Assembly (NCBI GenBank): GCA_013239625.1
Contig: MU054220.1
Location: 2,169,374-2,233,373, forward strand
Direction of reading: 5' to 3'
Origin: Lama guanicoe
Lineage: Eukaryota
DNA: 64,000 bases
Shown here: positions 47,538 to 62,158 of the stretch, in pieces
Layout of the letters: every line of letters starts with the position of its first letter
How positions within the stretch are numbered: position 1 is the first letter of the stretch
Notes under the pieces: generated by a model
What the model was told of the DNA's origin: nothing
Databases searched by the model: none
Seen by the model: the letters and a program-made list of their open reading frames with translations, nothing else
Program-made: the position numbers and the translations under genes

Positions 47538-47904
47538 TGAAAGGCTGAGGAAGGTGTTTTGTCAAAGCGATAAGCCCCTGGAGCCTTTCTCAGGGCCTAA
47601 GGTGAAGGCTCAGGGATTGGTCTAGTCTTGAAGTTTTCAAATATCAACTACCTATAACCATGTGCTTTTTGTCCCTAAAAAAGTTCCCTAGATAAATCCA
47701 CTGTGAGCTATTTAGCTGGGGGTGGAGGGGCAGGTCCCTCCTCTTCAAGTTTAGTTGAAAACCTGAGACTGTCAGTTTCTCTGCTGCAGCCCCTGCCCTG
47801 GTGGAGCCTCTGTTCTGTGCAGAAACATACCAGAAAGGGCTGGACTTTGAGATATTTTCAGTTCTTCTCCAACCACTGGTTGCTACTTAGTAACTCAAGT
47901 CTAA

Positions 47905-48078
<174 letters not shown>

Positions 48079-48122
48079 TGACTAACATCTATCCCCACCT
48101 CTTCCTTTTTCTTGTTAACTAG

Positions 48123-48320
<198 letters not shown>

Positions 48321-48359
48321 TAGCTCCCAGCCTCAGGAACCAGAGGTTTTGCTGGGTTT

Positions 48360-49640
48360 ACATTTATATCCATGCACCTCACTACTTAATGGTCACCAGT
48401 GACGTTCACGTTGCTGCAGACAGTGGTCAACTCTCAGTTACCTGCCTCGACCCATCGTCGGTGTTTGGCCTTGGCAACAGTCTCTGCTCTTGAAACAGTT
48501 TCTCCCCTGGGCTTCTGGGTCTCCATGCTCTCTTGCTTTCCTCCTCCCTCGCTGCTATTCCCCCTTGGCTTCTCTGACTCATTCTTCTTCTCCCTGAACT
48601 CTTAATGTTGGTGTCCCCCTAGGTTCAGTCCATGATTCTCTCTCCTTTCTTACTCTCATCCCCTTAATTAATCCATCTACTCTCATCACTTTAAATACCA
48701 TTTTTATGCCAGCAAGGCCCAGCTTAGACCTCCTTCCTCACCTCAGCTGATAGGTCATGCACAGCATCTCCACGGGGTTTCCAGCAGACATCATAAACCC
48801 AGTGTGTCAAAGACTAATTAAGCTCCTGAGAGTCTCCAAGCCTGCTCGTCTGCATTCCTCTCCATGTCACTTGTTGGCAACTTTGTCCTTCTAGCTTGCT
48901 CAGCTTTTGAGTACTCTCTTCCTCTGTCAGGAAATCCTTTTGTCTCTACCTGCAAAACATACTCAGAGTCCACCCCCACTTCTCATCTCCATCACTGCCA
49001 CTGCCGTGATCAGAATAGCATCATCTCTTATGTGCATTCCAGCACTATCCTGCCTGATCTCCCAGCGGCCACTCCCGCCCCCCATAGTCGTTTCCACAGT
49101 AGCATCAAAACGGTGCTTCTCAAACACTTTCCAAAGGCTGTCCCTTTCACTCAGCAAAGCGAAAAGCCTTACAGATAAGGTCTGTGAGGTCTGAGATATG
49201 GCCCCCTGATGCCTCTAGAATCTGCTCTCCCCTGCTGCTCAACCTGACTTTCATTTCACTCCAGCCCCACCAGCCGCCCTGCTGTGCCTGGTACACACCA
49301 GGCATATACCTTCTTAGGGCCTTTGCACTGGCTGTTGCTTACATGTAGATTGCTCTTCTTCAAGACAGTCTTGAGGCAGCTCCTTTTTCTCCTTCACATC
49401 TTTGTTCAAATACCACTGTCGCAGTGAGACCTGATTTAAAACTTGCAAACTACCCCTCACCTCCCGTAGCACCTGACGTCTCTAACATGCCGTAAGACAT
49501 AATGTTTATTAGGTTGCTTGTTGGATGTCTGTCTGTTTCTGCTAGAATTTAAAATCCACAAGAGTAAAGATTTTTGTCTGTTTTGTTGCCTGGCACATAG
49601 TAGGCACTCAGTAGGTATTTGTTCAATGATATGAATGGAT
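48360..49640 (+). mobile_element. L2 fragment
   Basis: Pyrimidine-rich L2 body ending tgcctggcacatagtaggcactcagtaggtatttgttcaatga. Confidence 0.75.
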
Positions 49641-51004
49641 GCTTATTCTGATGTTAAGCTGAAATATTACTGTCCCCACAGTGAAAAAGCCAGTACTGGT
49701 GTTCCTGCTCACAGGATCTAGAGACAGATGGGAGACTTAGGAGGTGTCAGTTACAGGAAATAGCTGTCAAGAACCTGAAACCAAGAAAAGACCCAACTAC
49801 TAAAGTTCCCTCTCACCATGCAGAGCAGAGCCCTCACATTGGTCCCGCCTTTAGTCCTTTCCGAGTTTGGTGAAGCTTACCTACTCTTAAGTTCTAAAAT
49901 TTGTTTGCCTGTGAAACCACGTTCCCTTGTGGGCTTTAGATTCCCATCGTGTTCTCTCTCACCATGTATCTTCCTAGGCTGCAGCTTCAGTTGTGTTCTC
50001 TTACGTCATTTCTTTTGTTTTGTTTTAACACTTTCAATTACCCCTCTCCAAAACCTGCAATCTTTTTCTTGAAGCACAGTGAACAGAGTGTCCAGTGGCC
50101 ACACGGACATACCATGGTTGAGCTGTTCTGGTAGAGCCTCCTTTTCTCATTTCCAGAGTCCTTTCTGTAGATAGTCAACATTTGCAACACAAGCATGTGT
50201 CCCCACTGATAACTGAGTGCCTTAAAGTGCTCGGGCATCTATTACTGCTGCCTTTAACTTCATTATTCCTTCATTTTTCACCCTCTGAGTGTTCTCACCT
50301 GTACATTAAAGGATTCCTTTTTCCCCAGAGTAACCTGTTTTACTTTTCTGTTTACCATAAAGGAGTTTTTCTTCGCAGTGCTTTACCTTTTGGCTTGTGT
50401 AACACCTTTTCATTGATACTCAAATTGGATATTTTAAATGCCTGCATTTTGTGGTTGTTCCTTCTCAGAAATTTAGAACTGTGATGGGTTTTTTTGGTTT
50501 TGATTTGGTTTTTGCTTCTCCCACCAGAATATTGATCTCAAGTGCTCCAGTTCCTACCCCTTTTTCAGGGTATTTCTTGGACACCTCAGTTTCCCTCTCT
50601 TCCTCATGAATAGACCATAGCCTTGAGCTCCTTGCTATTCTCCCTGGTTTGAATAAGGGTTTTCCCCCCTGTATCTCCTGGTCCAAACCTAGTCTGATTC
50701 TTGGAAGCATTTAAAGTCTTTAGGGTCTTCACTTGGGCACTTACCATAACTCAGGAGTAGCTAAGACTTTGTGGCTTGCCTAGGACTAGCCATGGGATTA
50801 CAGAAATGCAACCCCTGCATAGCTCAGGATGTAGATGGACGGCCTTCTGCATCAGTGCTGGAAGTTCTCACTAAGTGCGTCTTGTGTATTGCAGAGTACC
50901 CTTTATCACCAACCCCAAATGGATTTCTTGTGAACATTTTTAGTCTTCAAGTACAGTGATGACATTCAAGCCCCAAAATGTTCCCTTTGGTGGCAGGTTA
51001 ATAA

Positions 51005-51579
<575 letters not shown>

Positions 51580-52029
51580 AGCTGCCCTACTCCCCTGGCA
51601 CCCTGCAGCTTTAGTTTACTAAACTAGACGTCCTCATAGTTGAAGTGGCCTTGGCAGGCCTCGCGTACACAAACTGGTTGTATGTATCATACCGTGGACC
51701 TGGGGGAGGAGTCGTTGTGGCACAAGTATTTGCACATCCTCTGCTTCTCCCGTCAGCATCCTGCCTCTCTAGACGACTGTCCCTGTCTTAGTTTAGTGTA
51801 CAGACTTGTAAACAGCTGCCCTCTTCTCAGCTCAGACTAGTTTCCATATCCTTTTTTTTTTTAATTGCTCATTTGTAAAGTTGTCCTAATCTTTCCTAGC
51901 TTTTAACTATTAGAAACTCTTTCCTAGTTCTCCTTTGAGTTTGTGAGCTCTTCTCCCTGTAGCCCTGAGGGGTCACTGTATTCTGTATGAATGCATGGCA
52001 TGATACAACTAATTTAAGAGTCTTTTATA

Positions 52030-52035
52030 AATAAA
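52030..52035 (+). terminator. CKAP5: CKAP5 polyadenylation signal AATAAA
   Basis: Canonical hexamer ~450 nt after the stop, with upstream TGTA motifs. Confidence 0.8.
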
Positions 52036-54574
52036 GTTTGCATTAACTATAACTGTCTCCCAAGATGCTCCGTATCTGGGAGTGCTGGGCAGTCTTTGTC
52101 ACCTGTTCTTGGGACCAACTGGGTGTTCAGGTGGTAAGAGAAAGGTTCATAATGGCTCTTTAAGAAGCTCTACCTTTTCTTGGCTCCCAGGCTTGGTGCT
52201 GTCTTTTACTCCTTGGAAATAGGAGGAACTCACCTCTCCTGTTTTCCACATGCAGCTCCTGGGGATCAAAGAGATCTCATGCTTCCCTGTTTTGAGATTT
52301 TGGTCATGACTTCCCTCTCTTCATCACCATGGTTCCAAGGAGCTCTCAGATCCTACCACTTTGCTGCCCAAACGCAGGTAAGATTGTGCCCAGGGACTAG
52401 CTAGGCTCCAGTGGCTGTCACACCACAATTGGATTTGGGGTCATCCGACTAACAGTGTGGGAGCACTGAGGAGCTGCCTGCCTGGTTAGTGGAGTCTCTC
52501 TGAATCTTGACCGACAGTTGCTTCATGTTCAGTCTCAGTAAAGACCAGAAAGTAAACCGAGGATTCATCCTTGGCCTCCCACAAGGCCTCCTTCCCCAGT
52601 CAGAAAACCCTGTAGTCACTAAGTTTCCAGGTGCAGTTGGATTCAGGTGTGAGACTTTTGGTATAATCATTTAAGTCCAAAGGAATTTTTCTGCACCACC
52701 TTTTACTTAACTGGTGGTCAAGAAAGGAATGGTTGATGGAAAATGAACCCTCCATTGATTCTAGGCGTGATTTTCAGATGGCCCCTGTGCTGCCAGAAAT
52801 GAAACTTGCCCCTCTTCCTTGTAATAGGAACATGGGAGTTGGCCTTCACTGAAGGGAAGACGGGAGTTCACTGCTGTAGAGAAGGAACATAGTTAGAAAG
52901 AATGGCTGTGCCTGGGTCTGGAATCAGTACAGCTAATTTGAAAAACCAAAGTGCCCAGCAGTCTTGGAAGGATGTGTGCCCTCGTTTGGAAAGTCGACGT
53001 GGGGTATTAATTACAGCTCATTCTTAATCCCGCCCCCCTGCTCTGGTTGAAGCTCTGGGCTGCCAAGATCCTGCAAGCTCACTGAAGCCCCAGTTTTTAC
53101 CTTGCTTTCCAGTCAACTAGAACCAAAGGGTGAGGACAAGGAACTCAGTCCTAATTCTCTCTTCCCTGATGTACTGAAAAATCAGAGTGGGAAGAAAAGG
53201 GAGGGAATGGGGGTAAAGAAACCTACCCTAGCTCCCTTCTCACTGTAAGCCATGAAGTCTCAAGACCTTAGTTAAAGATCCTAGGCCGAGAATGGTGACC
53301 ACACGGCACCTGAGCTCAACTCCCCTCCCTGTCCCACGGCGCACGTTCAGTCTTCACTCTCCCCTCCAAGCCCAGGGGTGAGACTTCTCAGCAGTCTTCC
53401 TGTCACCAAGCAATGAGCCCTTCATATCAGTTGCAACTTGCTGTCACTCTGCTGTCACATCACAGGCTGTAGTGCCTAGTTCCCCTGAGTCATGAACGCA
53501 CCCAGCAGGAAGAGCAACACGCCAAGGTCAGCTGGAAACTCTGGAGCTACACACAAGGTCAGTGATGTGTCAGAGCCATGCTCCATCCCATCCGGTGACC
53601 TCTGCCAGCAGTAACCTAGAAGAATGTGCTGTCAAAGGGCATCTTGAAAGTTCTGACGCTTAAGACTTTGTCCAAACCCATTAAGGAACTGCTTATACAT
53701 ATTCTTGTTCCCATTTCTTAGAAAAACAAATTGCCCAAGTCTGGTAACTGCTGAGAGAGTAGAAATTCCAGGAGGCGACAACCCTGCCACTGTGCTATTT
53801 CAGGGGCCAGAGGGGGAAGTGGGATGTAGCAGAGGAACTTTCACCTCTGCTACACCCAGGCAGTAGTGAGAATAAAAGTGGCAGTGATTTACAGAAAGCT
53901 GACCAGGTACCAGGCATTTTGCTAAGTACACTACCCTAGTGACCTCACTGAATCCTCAAAACCTTATTTGGCAAGTCATGTCATTACATACATCGTATAC
54001 ACCAGGTAACAGGCTCGGGGGTCAAGCGACTTAGCCATGGTTATCCCTTTTAAGGTTGGAGCTGGACTGTGAACCCAGGCAGTCTGGCACTAAGGTCCTT
54101 ACTCTGAACCACAACCCACAGTATTCTCAAAGTCTGAGCCTTGGGGGGACATAAATCTGATATTTTAATAACCTAAGGAAGGATGTAGGGACTGAGGAAG
54201 TTTGAGGTAAATAGAAAGATGTTACTATTCCCCCCTCACTAGCCTCCCTTCCTCCTGCCTCATCTCTGGTTCTCGGACAAGCTCTTCGCAGCCCTCACAG
54301 CAGAGCAGCTACCAGCATGGGCTTCAGTGTCTCCCATATTTCAGGTCAGACTTTGACCCTTCTTAGCCATGTGACCTTGGAGAAGGTACTCCTCCAAATC
54401 TCAGTTTACTACCTTTTGTAAGGATTAAATGAAATAATCCATTAAAGCCCCAAGCCTGGAACATTTTAAATGCTAATAAATTCAAGCTGCCATCTTTCCT
54501 CTCAGTTGGCCCTGTTTGTCCAGTAAGGCCCATGAACAGCACTGGGAGCACTGAGGCACTTTGACAGAGTCACT

Positions 54575-54580
54575 TTTATT
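54575..54580 (-). terminator. F2: F2 polyadenylation signal AATAAA
   Basis: Minus strand AATAAAAGTGACTCT, same context as the human F2 3' end. Confidence 0.9.
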
Positions 54581-54601
54581 GACAACAATAGTTTCAGGAA
54601 C

Positions 54602-54618
54602 AAACCACAAAAATAATT
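54602..54618 (-). promoter_or_regulatory. F2: F2 U-rich upstream sequence element (USE) for 3'-end processing
   Basis: Minus strand AATTATTTTTGTGGTTT ~20 nt upstream of AATAAA, resembling the described human F2 USE. Confidence 0.7.
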
Positions 54619-54673
54619 CACTGGATAGGCTTCTGTGATTTTGTAGTGAGGAGCCTAGAAAGTGGGTGGCCCT

Positions 54674-54817
54674 CTAACTTCCAAACCGATCAATGACCTT
54701 CTGTATCCACTTCTTCAGGCGGAACACATGTGTGTAGAAGCCATATTTTCCATCTCTGTCACAGCCTTCACCCCATGAGACAATGCCCATTTGATACCAG
54801 CGATTGTTAAAGGGGCT
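54674..54817 (-). CDS. F2: F2 (prothrombin) last coding exon ([47 protein letters not shown])
   Basis: Thrombin B-chain C-terminus; acceptor ctcag|agc; TAG at 54674-76; 144 nt. Confidence 0.97.
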   Translation of the reverse strand, partial: SPFNNRWYQMGIVSWGEGCDRDGKYGFYTHVFRLKKWIQKVIDRFGS

Positions 54818-54965
54818 CTGAGGAAGAAACATGGGGTTTCCAACAGTCAAGTCCAAGGTAGTATCAGTATTATCCTGTCAAGCAGTTGTTTCTGAAAACT
54901 CAGGTCCCTCCTCACCCACCCAAGAAGGATCTGCCCACCAGCTCCTGGCCTTTGGAGAAGCCTAC

Positions 54966-55036
54966 CTTCATGACAAAGGGTCCCCCACTGTCGCCTTCAC
55001 AAGCATCCCCTCGTTTCCCTTCATCAGGCTTGTAAC
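54966..55036 (-). CDS. F2: F2 penultimate exon ([24 protein letters not shown]), includes catalytic Ser
   Basis: GDSGGP serine-protease motif and RGD; tcaag|gtt ... aag|gtaggc; 71 nt. Confidence 0.97.
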
Positions 55037-55339
55037 CTTGAGAGAGAACAGCAGTACTCAGGGTAAAGCTCATACTGCAGCCACTTTCCCCTTCAAGAGA
55101 TACCGCTGGCAAGTGTCCACTTGACTCCTTCCAGTCTCCCTTGAGTCTTCCCATTTCCTCACCCCACACACCCAATCCTTTAGCAACTCTTGTCAGCTCT
55201 GTCTGCAACATGTATGCCAGACCCAAGCACTCCCCACTGCTTCTGCACCTGGTCCCGCCACATACACTTCTTCCCTGGACCGCTAGTCTCCCCAGTTCTA
55301 CTTTTTCTTTGCCGCCTACAATCCATTCTCTACCCAACA

Positions 55340-58300
55340 GGCAGAATGACTTAAAAACACACTAGGCTTACAGGTAGCAGAGAATAATGGCAGTTGCCTT
55401 TATCCAAATATCCCCACGTACCCTCTACAAACAATGCAGAACAACATGAAGAGCAAGAACAAAAGCTACACAAAAAACACACTTTCAACACAACTAGGAT
55501 AGAGAGAACACCCAAACTTCAAACCACTTTAATATACTTAACTGTACATCTAATATCAAAACATACGTGGAGATGAGGATGGTAAGATGTCCACTAGAGC
55601 AAAGAAGTAGATACTTACAAATTAGGAATCTTGTAAATAACCCCAAATCTACAAAATGGATAGATGAAAACTAAATAGATCCATACAAATATAGGAAACC
55701 AAAAAAAGAAGAATAAAAATACCTCAGCTAACCAAAATTCTCTCCCAAAACACAACCATGAAACAGAAGAAAACAGTAACTGAATTAAATACCCTCAAGC
55801 AAATTTTTGGTATGTGAAAAAGAATGAATCAGAAATTCAAAACCTAAAAATAAATGGATAAAACGATGGGAAGAAATTAAAAGCAGAGAGTGGTTAAAAT
55901 GGAACTAGGCTAAAGAAATGAGTCCCTCAAGAAAAAGAAAGCAACGGAACAGAACTAGTATGTCTAACACGGTCTAAGAAAACTTCACAGAAATAAAAGA
56001 TTGAAGGTACATATTGAAAAGATCCCCTAGGTAACTGGCAAAACTGATCTGAAACACTCAACTCTGAGATGTATTCTAAAAAATTGTTAGATTCCAAAGA
56101 TGAATTAAAAACCTTCAAGGCCACCAAGCAAAAAGATCAACTGCCTTACAAAGAGGAAAAGAATTACACTGGCATTCAAAAACAACAAGCACTGTTATTC
56201 AAAAACAACATACAAAGCAAGCAATGATAAAGCTCTATTTTCAAAAAATTCAAGGCAGGAAAATGTAAACCATGGATTTTATATCCAACCAAGCTAAACT
56301 TCAGGTGTCAAGACTACAGAAAATTCTATACTCATAGCCCTTTTTTAAGAATCTACTAGTGGACAAACTTCATCCAACCAAGAGGTAAATGCTTCAGCAA
56401 AGGGATGGATTAACTGTCCTGAAGCTCTTCTGTCTGAAATGACAGAATTCTGTTCTTTTTTATGGCTGAGTAGTAGAAAAAATGCAACTCAAAGTATGAG
56501 AAGAGAAGAGAAGAGAAAGACGAAAGTAAACTCACTGACGGTAACTCTCACCGACTGGCTATACAACAATTAAAAGAATGTAAGAAGCTAAGGGCACTTC
56601 AAAAAGGCGTAAGGCCAAAGATAATCAGTAGAACAAAAATGCAAGCCTTCTTAAATATATGAAATTATTTTAAAAGCAAAGATCACACATGGAAAAAACA
56701 CAGTAAATGAAACATATATACATAATATTTACAAAATCATATGAGATACTAATTCTACCAATCATGTCAATAAGTACAAATAGGCTTAACGTGCCTTTAG
56801 AAAACAAAAATATATTTTAATTTGATTCACAAAACAAGACCCAACTATGCTATATATGAGACAAAACCGAGTGATTCATGAGGCTAAAATTAAAGGGATG
56901 GACAAAAGTTTATCTGGCAAATGGGAATAAAAAGAGAGCAGAGATGGTGAAGCTGAAATTTAAAATAATTTAAAGAAAGACACTTTTAAGGCTAGAAGCC
57001 ACAATTCACAATGAATAATTGTTATGAATATCTACACCAAATAACACAGTAACTGCCTTTATACAGTAAAAGACTATAAGGGATGCAAGGAGATGGATAC
57101 AAATACATTAATAATAGAATTTGACCCACCAAACTTAGTACAAGACAGATCAAGTGAACCAAAAATAAATAAGAATATAAATGACCTAAGTAACAAGTGA
57201 TAAGATACATTTACAGATACATACATGTACTAAGCTTTACACGTGGATAAAAGAGAGAGAGCACACTCCCACACCTCACACACAGGTGCATTCGTGGAAA
57301 TTGATCAAACAGCTCTCAAAAAAAACAGTTCCATAAACTAGAAATATCACAAACCATATTCTGGATCATAATGCAGCAAAACTGAAAAATCAAAATACAA
57401 AGGGTCCTCCCATCTGGAAATTTAAAACCCACTTATTAAACAACTCTTGAGTGAAAGGGAAATACATAATGAAGTTACAGAATTAAAAAAAATGATAATT
57501 CAAACACACTAAATAGTGTTTTCTGTGAACAGAGGAAAATGCGTAGCCTTACTCGGCAAAAATTAAAGAAATTAACCACTAAAGGATATAATTAATTAAT
57601 TAACTCACCAAATTGTCAGCTCAAAAAGCTTTTAGAAAGAGAACAGCAAAATGAACCATGAGAAAGCATAAGGGAAAAAAATTTAAGATAAAAGCAGAAC
57701 ATTAATTAACGAGGAACAGAATAGAAAAATAATAAGCCTAATTAGTAAGTCAAATTCTTAGGTATTTTTGCTTGTTTTTTGCAACCACTAGCTAATTTAC
57801 TCAAGAAAAATAAGGAAGAAAACACAAGTACATAAAATAAGGTGCCAAAGAGAAAAAAAAAATCATAAGAGAAGACATTGCAACACAAGATACAATGTAA
57901 ACGTGAACAAATGGGAAGACATTTCTTGTCCTTGGATAGAATAGCTTAAAATCCAAAAGATGTCAGTTCTCCCTAATTTAGTTTATAAATTTAACATAAT
58001 CCCAATAAAAATATCACCAGCTTTTTTTATTCAGCTAGACAAGTTGATACCAAAATTCATATGGAAAAACAAACGTGCAAGAACTGCCAGAAAAACACTG
58101 GAAAAGAAAAACTACAAAAGACAAGCCCTACCAGACAGGAAAACACTCTAGAGCCTCTGTAATTAAAACAAGACAGCATTTTAACAGAATAGACCACAGA
58201 CCAGAAGAATCAGGTGTCCAGAAACAGACTTAAGCACACATAGATACCTAGTATGTGATCAAAGTGACATCTCAAATCACTGGGGCAAAGACAGAATTTT

Positions 58301-59170
58301 TACTAAATGGTGTAGAGGCAGTTTACTAGCCATTTGGAAAAAGATAAATTAGATCCATACCTTGCATCATACACAAGAATAAACAAATGACTTGGAGATC
58401 TAAGTGTCGAAAAATGAAACCAAGTACTACGAGAAAACACTAGTGAATTTCTCTATGACATGGGTACAAGGAAAGTTCTTTTAACTCTGACTCAAAATCT
58501 AGATGCACTAAAACAAAAGAATTAATAAATCTGGCTCCATAAAAAATTTTTTCTTCAATGGCAAAAAATTATAAAGGAAAAAAATAACAAACTGGGAGAA
58601 AACATTTGCAAAGGATATCACAAACAAAAGCCTGATATCACTAATATAAGAAGAACTCAAAAAATGACGGGAAAGGGACAAAACTATAGGCAAAAAAATA
58701 TGAAGGCTTTCACAAAAAATTATATAAAAACAGTCATTAAGCATATAAAAAGATGTTCAGTTACAAAATACTGGAAATCTAAATGCCCATACACAGGAAA
58801 TGGCTGAATAGACTATCATACATTCACATAATATGGCTATAAAATTGTTTTTAATAAGGAAAAACTTTCTAACCAAAATGGAATGAAAGTCCAAGATACA
58901 GTAAGTGAAAAAAACAAAGTACAAAAGAGTATCTATACTGTGTTACTCTGTCTGTGAAAAGGGGGAAGTAAGAAAATATACATGTGTCTGCTTCTTTGTA
59001 CAAAAAGAAACACTGAAAGAATAAACTACCAACTCCTGAGGCCGGTGAACTGCAGGGCTGGCTGGAAGTGGGGGGGAAAGGAAGGCGGTGGGACCAGGAC
59101 AGGAGGGAAAGGGAAGTGTCATTCTCTGAGTGTACCTGTTTTAAAGAGTTTGATTTTTGGACCATGTTAA
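55340..59170 (+). mobile_element. Old degenerate L1 in F2 intron
   Basis: A-rich with ORF1/ORF2 remnants (ORF 57960..58151 MSVLPNLVYKFNIIPIKI...KLIPKFIWKNKRAR). Confidence 0.75.
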
Positions 59171-60322
59171 TACAGGCATACCTTGGATATACTGTGGGTT
59201 CTGTTCCAGACCACCACAATAAAGCGAGTTATATGACTTTCTTGGTTTCCTGGCATATAAAAGTTATGTCTACAGCATACTGTAGTCTATTAGGGGTACA
59301 ACAGCATTATGTGAAAAAATACATACATACTTTAATTCAAAAATAATTTGTTGCATACAAACTACTATGTATAAAATAAATAATCTACAAGGATATACTG
59401 TATAACATGGGGACTATAGCCAATATTTTATAATAACTAAATGGAACATAAGCTTTAAAACTATGATTACGTTGTACACCTAAACCTTATATTGTACAGC
59501 AACTATACCTTAATAAAAAAAATACTCTGTTGCTAAAAAATGCTAACCATTTGAACCTGCAGCAAGTCATAATTTTTTTGCTGGTGGTAGGTTTTGCCTC
59601 CATGTTGATGGCTGCTGACTGATCAGGGCGGTGGTTGCTGAAGGTTGAGGTGGCTGTAGCAACTTCTTAAAATAACAATGAAGCTTGCTACATGGATTGA
59701 AATTGCTCTTTTTTTCATTACCGATTTCTCTGTGGCATGCAATGTTATTTGACAGCATTTTACCCACAGTAGAGCTTCTTTCAAAATAGGTGTCAGTCCT
59801 CTCAAACTCTACCGCTGCTTTACCAACTAAGTTTATGTAATACCTTAAATCCGTTGTCATTTTAACAATCTTCACATCTGTCATTTTAACAATCTTCACA
59901 GCATCTTTACCAGCAGTGGATTCCATCTCAAGAAACCACTTTCTTTGCTCATCCACAAGAAGCAACTCCTTATGCATTAGAGTTTTATCATGAGGTTGCA
60001 GCAGGTCAGTCACATATCAGGGCTCCACTCCTAATTCTAGTTCTGCTATTTCCACCACATCTGCAGCTATGTCCTCCATGGAAGCCTTGAGCCCCTCAAA
60101 GTCATCCATGGAGATTGGAATCAACTTTTTCCAAACTCCTGTTCACGTTGATATTTGGACCTCTTCCCATGAATCACGAATGTTCTTAATGGCATCTAGA
60201 ATGGTGAATCCTTTCCAGAAGGTTTTCAATTGACTTTGCCCAGATCCATTAGAGGAATCGCTATCTATGGTAGCTACAGCCTTATGAAATGTATTTTTCA
60301 AATAATAAGACTTGAAAATTGA

Positions 60323-60510
60323 GGTGGGGAGGGTATAGCTCAAGTGGTAGAGCACATGCTTAGCATACACAAGGTCCTGGGTTCAATACCCAGCACCTCC
60401 TCTAAAAAAAAATAAGTAAACCTAATTACCTACCCCCTACAAATAAACAAATAAATAACAATAAAGCAAAAAAGAAAACAATTTAATTGATTAATATTAT
60501 TTTTTAAAAA
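60323..60510 (+). mobile_element. tRNA-derived SINE inside Tigger1
   Basis: A/B boxes; 16-bp TSD aagacttgaaaaYtga. Confidence 0.85.
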
Positions 60511-61634
60511 AAGACTTGAAAACTGAAATTACTTCTTGACCCAAGGGCTGTAGAATGGATGCTGTGTTAGTAGGCATGAAAAAAAATTAACCTTTATGTC
60601 TCCATCAGAGTTCTTGGGTGACGAGGTGCATTGTCAATGAGAGGTAATATTTTGAAAGAAATCTTTTTTTTCTGAGCAGTAGGTCTCAACAGTGGGCTTA
60701 AAATATTCAGTCAACTGTGTTGTAAACAGATGTGCTGTCACCCAGGCTTTGTTGCTCCATTTATAGAGCACAAGGAGAGCAGATTTAGCATAATTTTAAA
60801 GGGCCCTAGGACTTCCAGAATGGGAAATGAACACTGGCTTCAACTTCAAGTCACTAACTGTATTAGGCCCTAACAAGGGAACCGGTCTGTCCTTTGAAGC
60901 TTTGAATCCAGGCATCGACTTCTCTCCAAATGTGAAAGTCCTAGATGGCATCTTCTTCCAATATAAGACTGTTTTGTCTACACTGAAAATCAGTGGTTTA
61001 GTATAGTCATTTTCATGGTTCATCCTAGCTACATCTTCTGGATAACTTGCTGCTTCACCTTGCACTGTCATGTTATGGAGACAGCTTCTTTCCCTAAACC
61101 TCATGAATCAGCCTCTGCTAGCCTCAAACTTTTGGCTTGAGGGACTGTTGTGGTTGATTTGATCCCCTATCCAGACCACTAAAACTTTCTTCATATCAAC
61201 AATAAGGCTGTTTTGCTCTTATCATTCATGTGTTCACTGGAGGAACACTTTTAATTTCCTTCAAGAACTTTCCACTCACAGCTTGGCTAACTGTTTGGCA
61301 CAAGAGGCCCAGCTTTTTGGCCTATCAGCTTTTGACATGCCTTCCTCACTAAGCTTAATCATTTCTAGCTTTTGACTTAAAATGAAAGACATACGATTCT
61401 TCTTTCACTTGAACACTTAGAGGCCATTGGAGGGGTATTAATTGGCCTAATTTCCACATTGTTGTGTCTCGGGGAATAGGAAGGCCCAAGGAAAGGGAGA
61501 GAGATGGGAGAACGAAGGGTTTGGTGAAGCAGTCAGAACACACAAAGCATTTATTAAGTTTGCTATCTTATATGGGCACAGTTCACGATGCCCCAAAACA
61601 ATTACAATAGTAACATCAAAGATCACTGATCACA

Positions 61635-61792
61635 TAGCACAGGGAAATATACACAAAATGTTATGATAACTCACAGAGAAAAAAATGTGACAATGAGCGT
61701 GTATATGTCCATGAATGACTGAAAAATTGTGCTGAACATTGGAATTTGACACATTGTAAAATGATTATAAATCAATAAAAAGTGTTAAAAAA
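61635..61792 (+). mobile_element. Young L1 3' end inside Tigger1 (same family as 22698-22978)
   Basis: 17-bp TSD aaagatcactgatcaca; tcaataaaaagtgttaaaa tail. Confidence 0.8.
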
Positions 61793-62158
61793 AAAGATCA
61801 CTGATCACAGACCAGCATAATAAATATAATAATAATGAAAAACATGACATATTGTAAGAATGACCAAAACGTGACTCAGAGACATGAAGTGAACAAAAGC
61901 TGTTGGAAAAATGGTCCCAATTAACACTGGATTGCCACAAACCTTCAATTTGTAAAAAAAAAAAAATGCAGTATCTGGGAAGGGCAATAAAGCAAAGTAA
62001 AAACCTAAGTGTTCATCAATAGATGAATGAATACAGAAGATATGACATGTACATACAATGAAATATTACTCAGCCATTAAAAAGAATGAAATTCTGCCAT
62101 TTGCAACAACATGGATGGACATGGAGGATATTACACTTAGTGAAATAAGTCAGTCAGA

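Noticed and set aside
59567..61104. Transposase-like ORFs as a domesticated TIGD-type gene
   Set aside because: Split across frames, interrupted by a SINE and stops, and bounded by Tigger1 TIRs; a fossil
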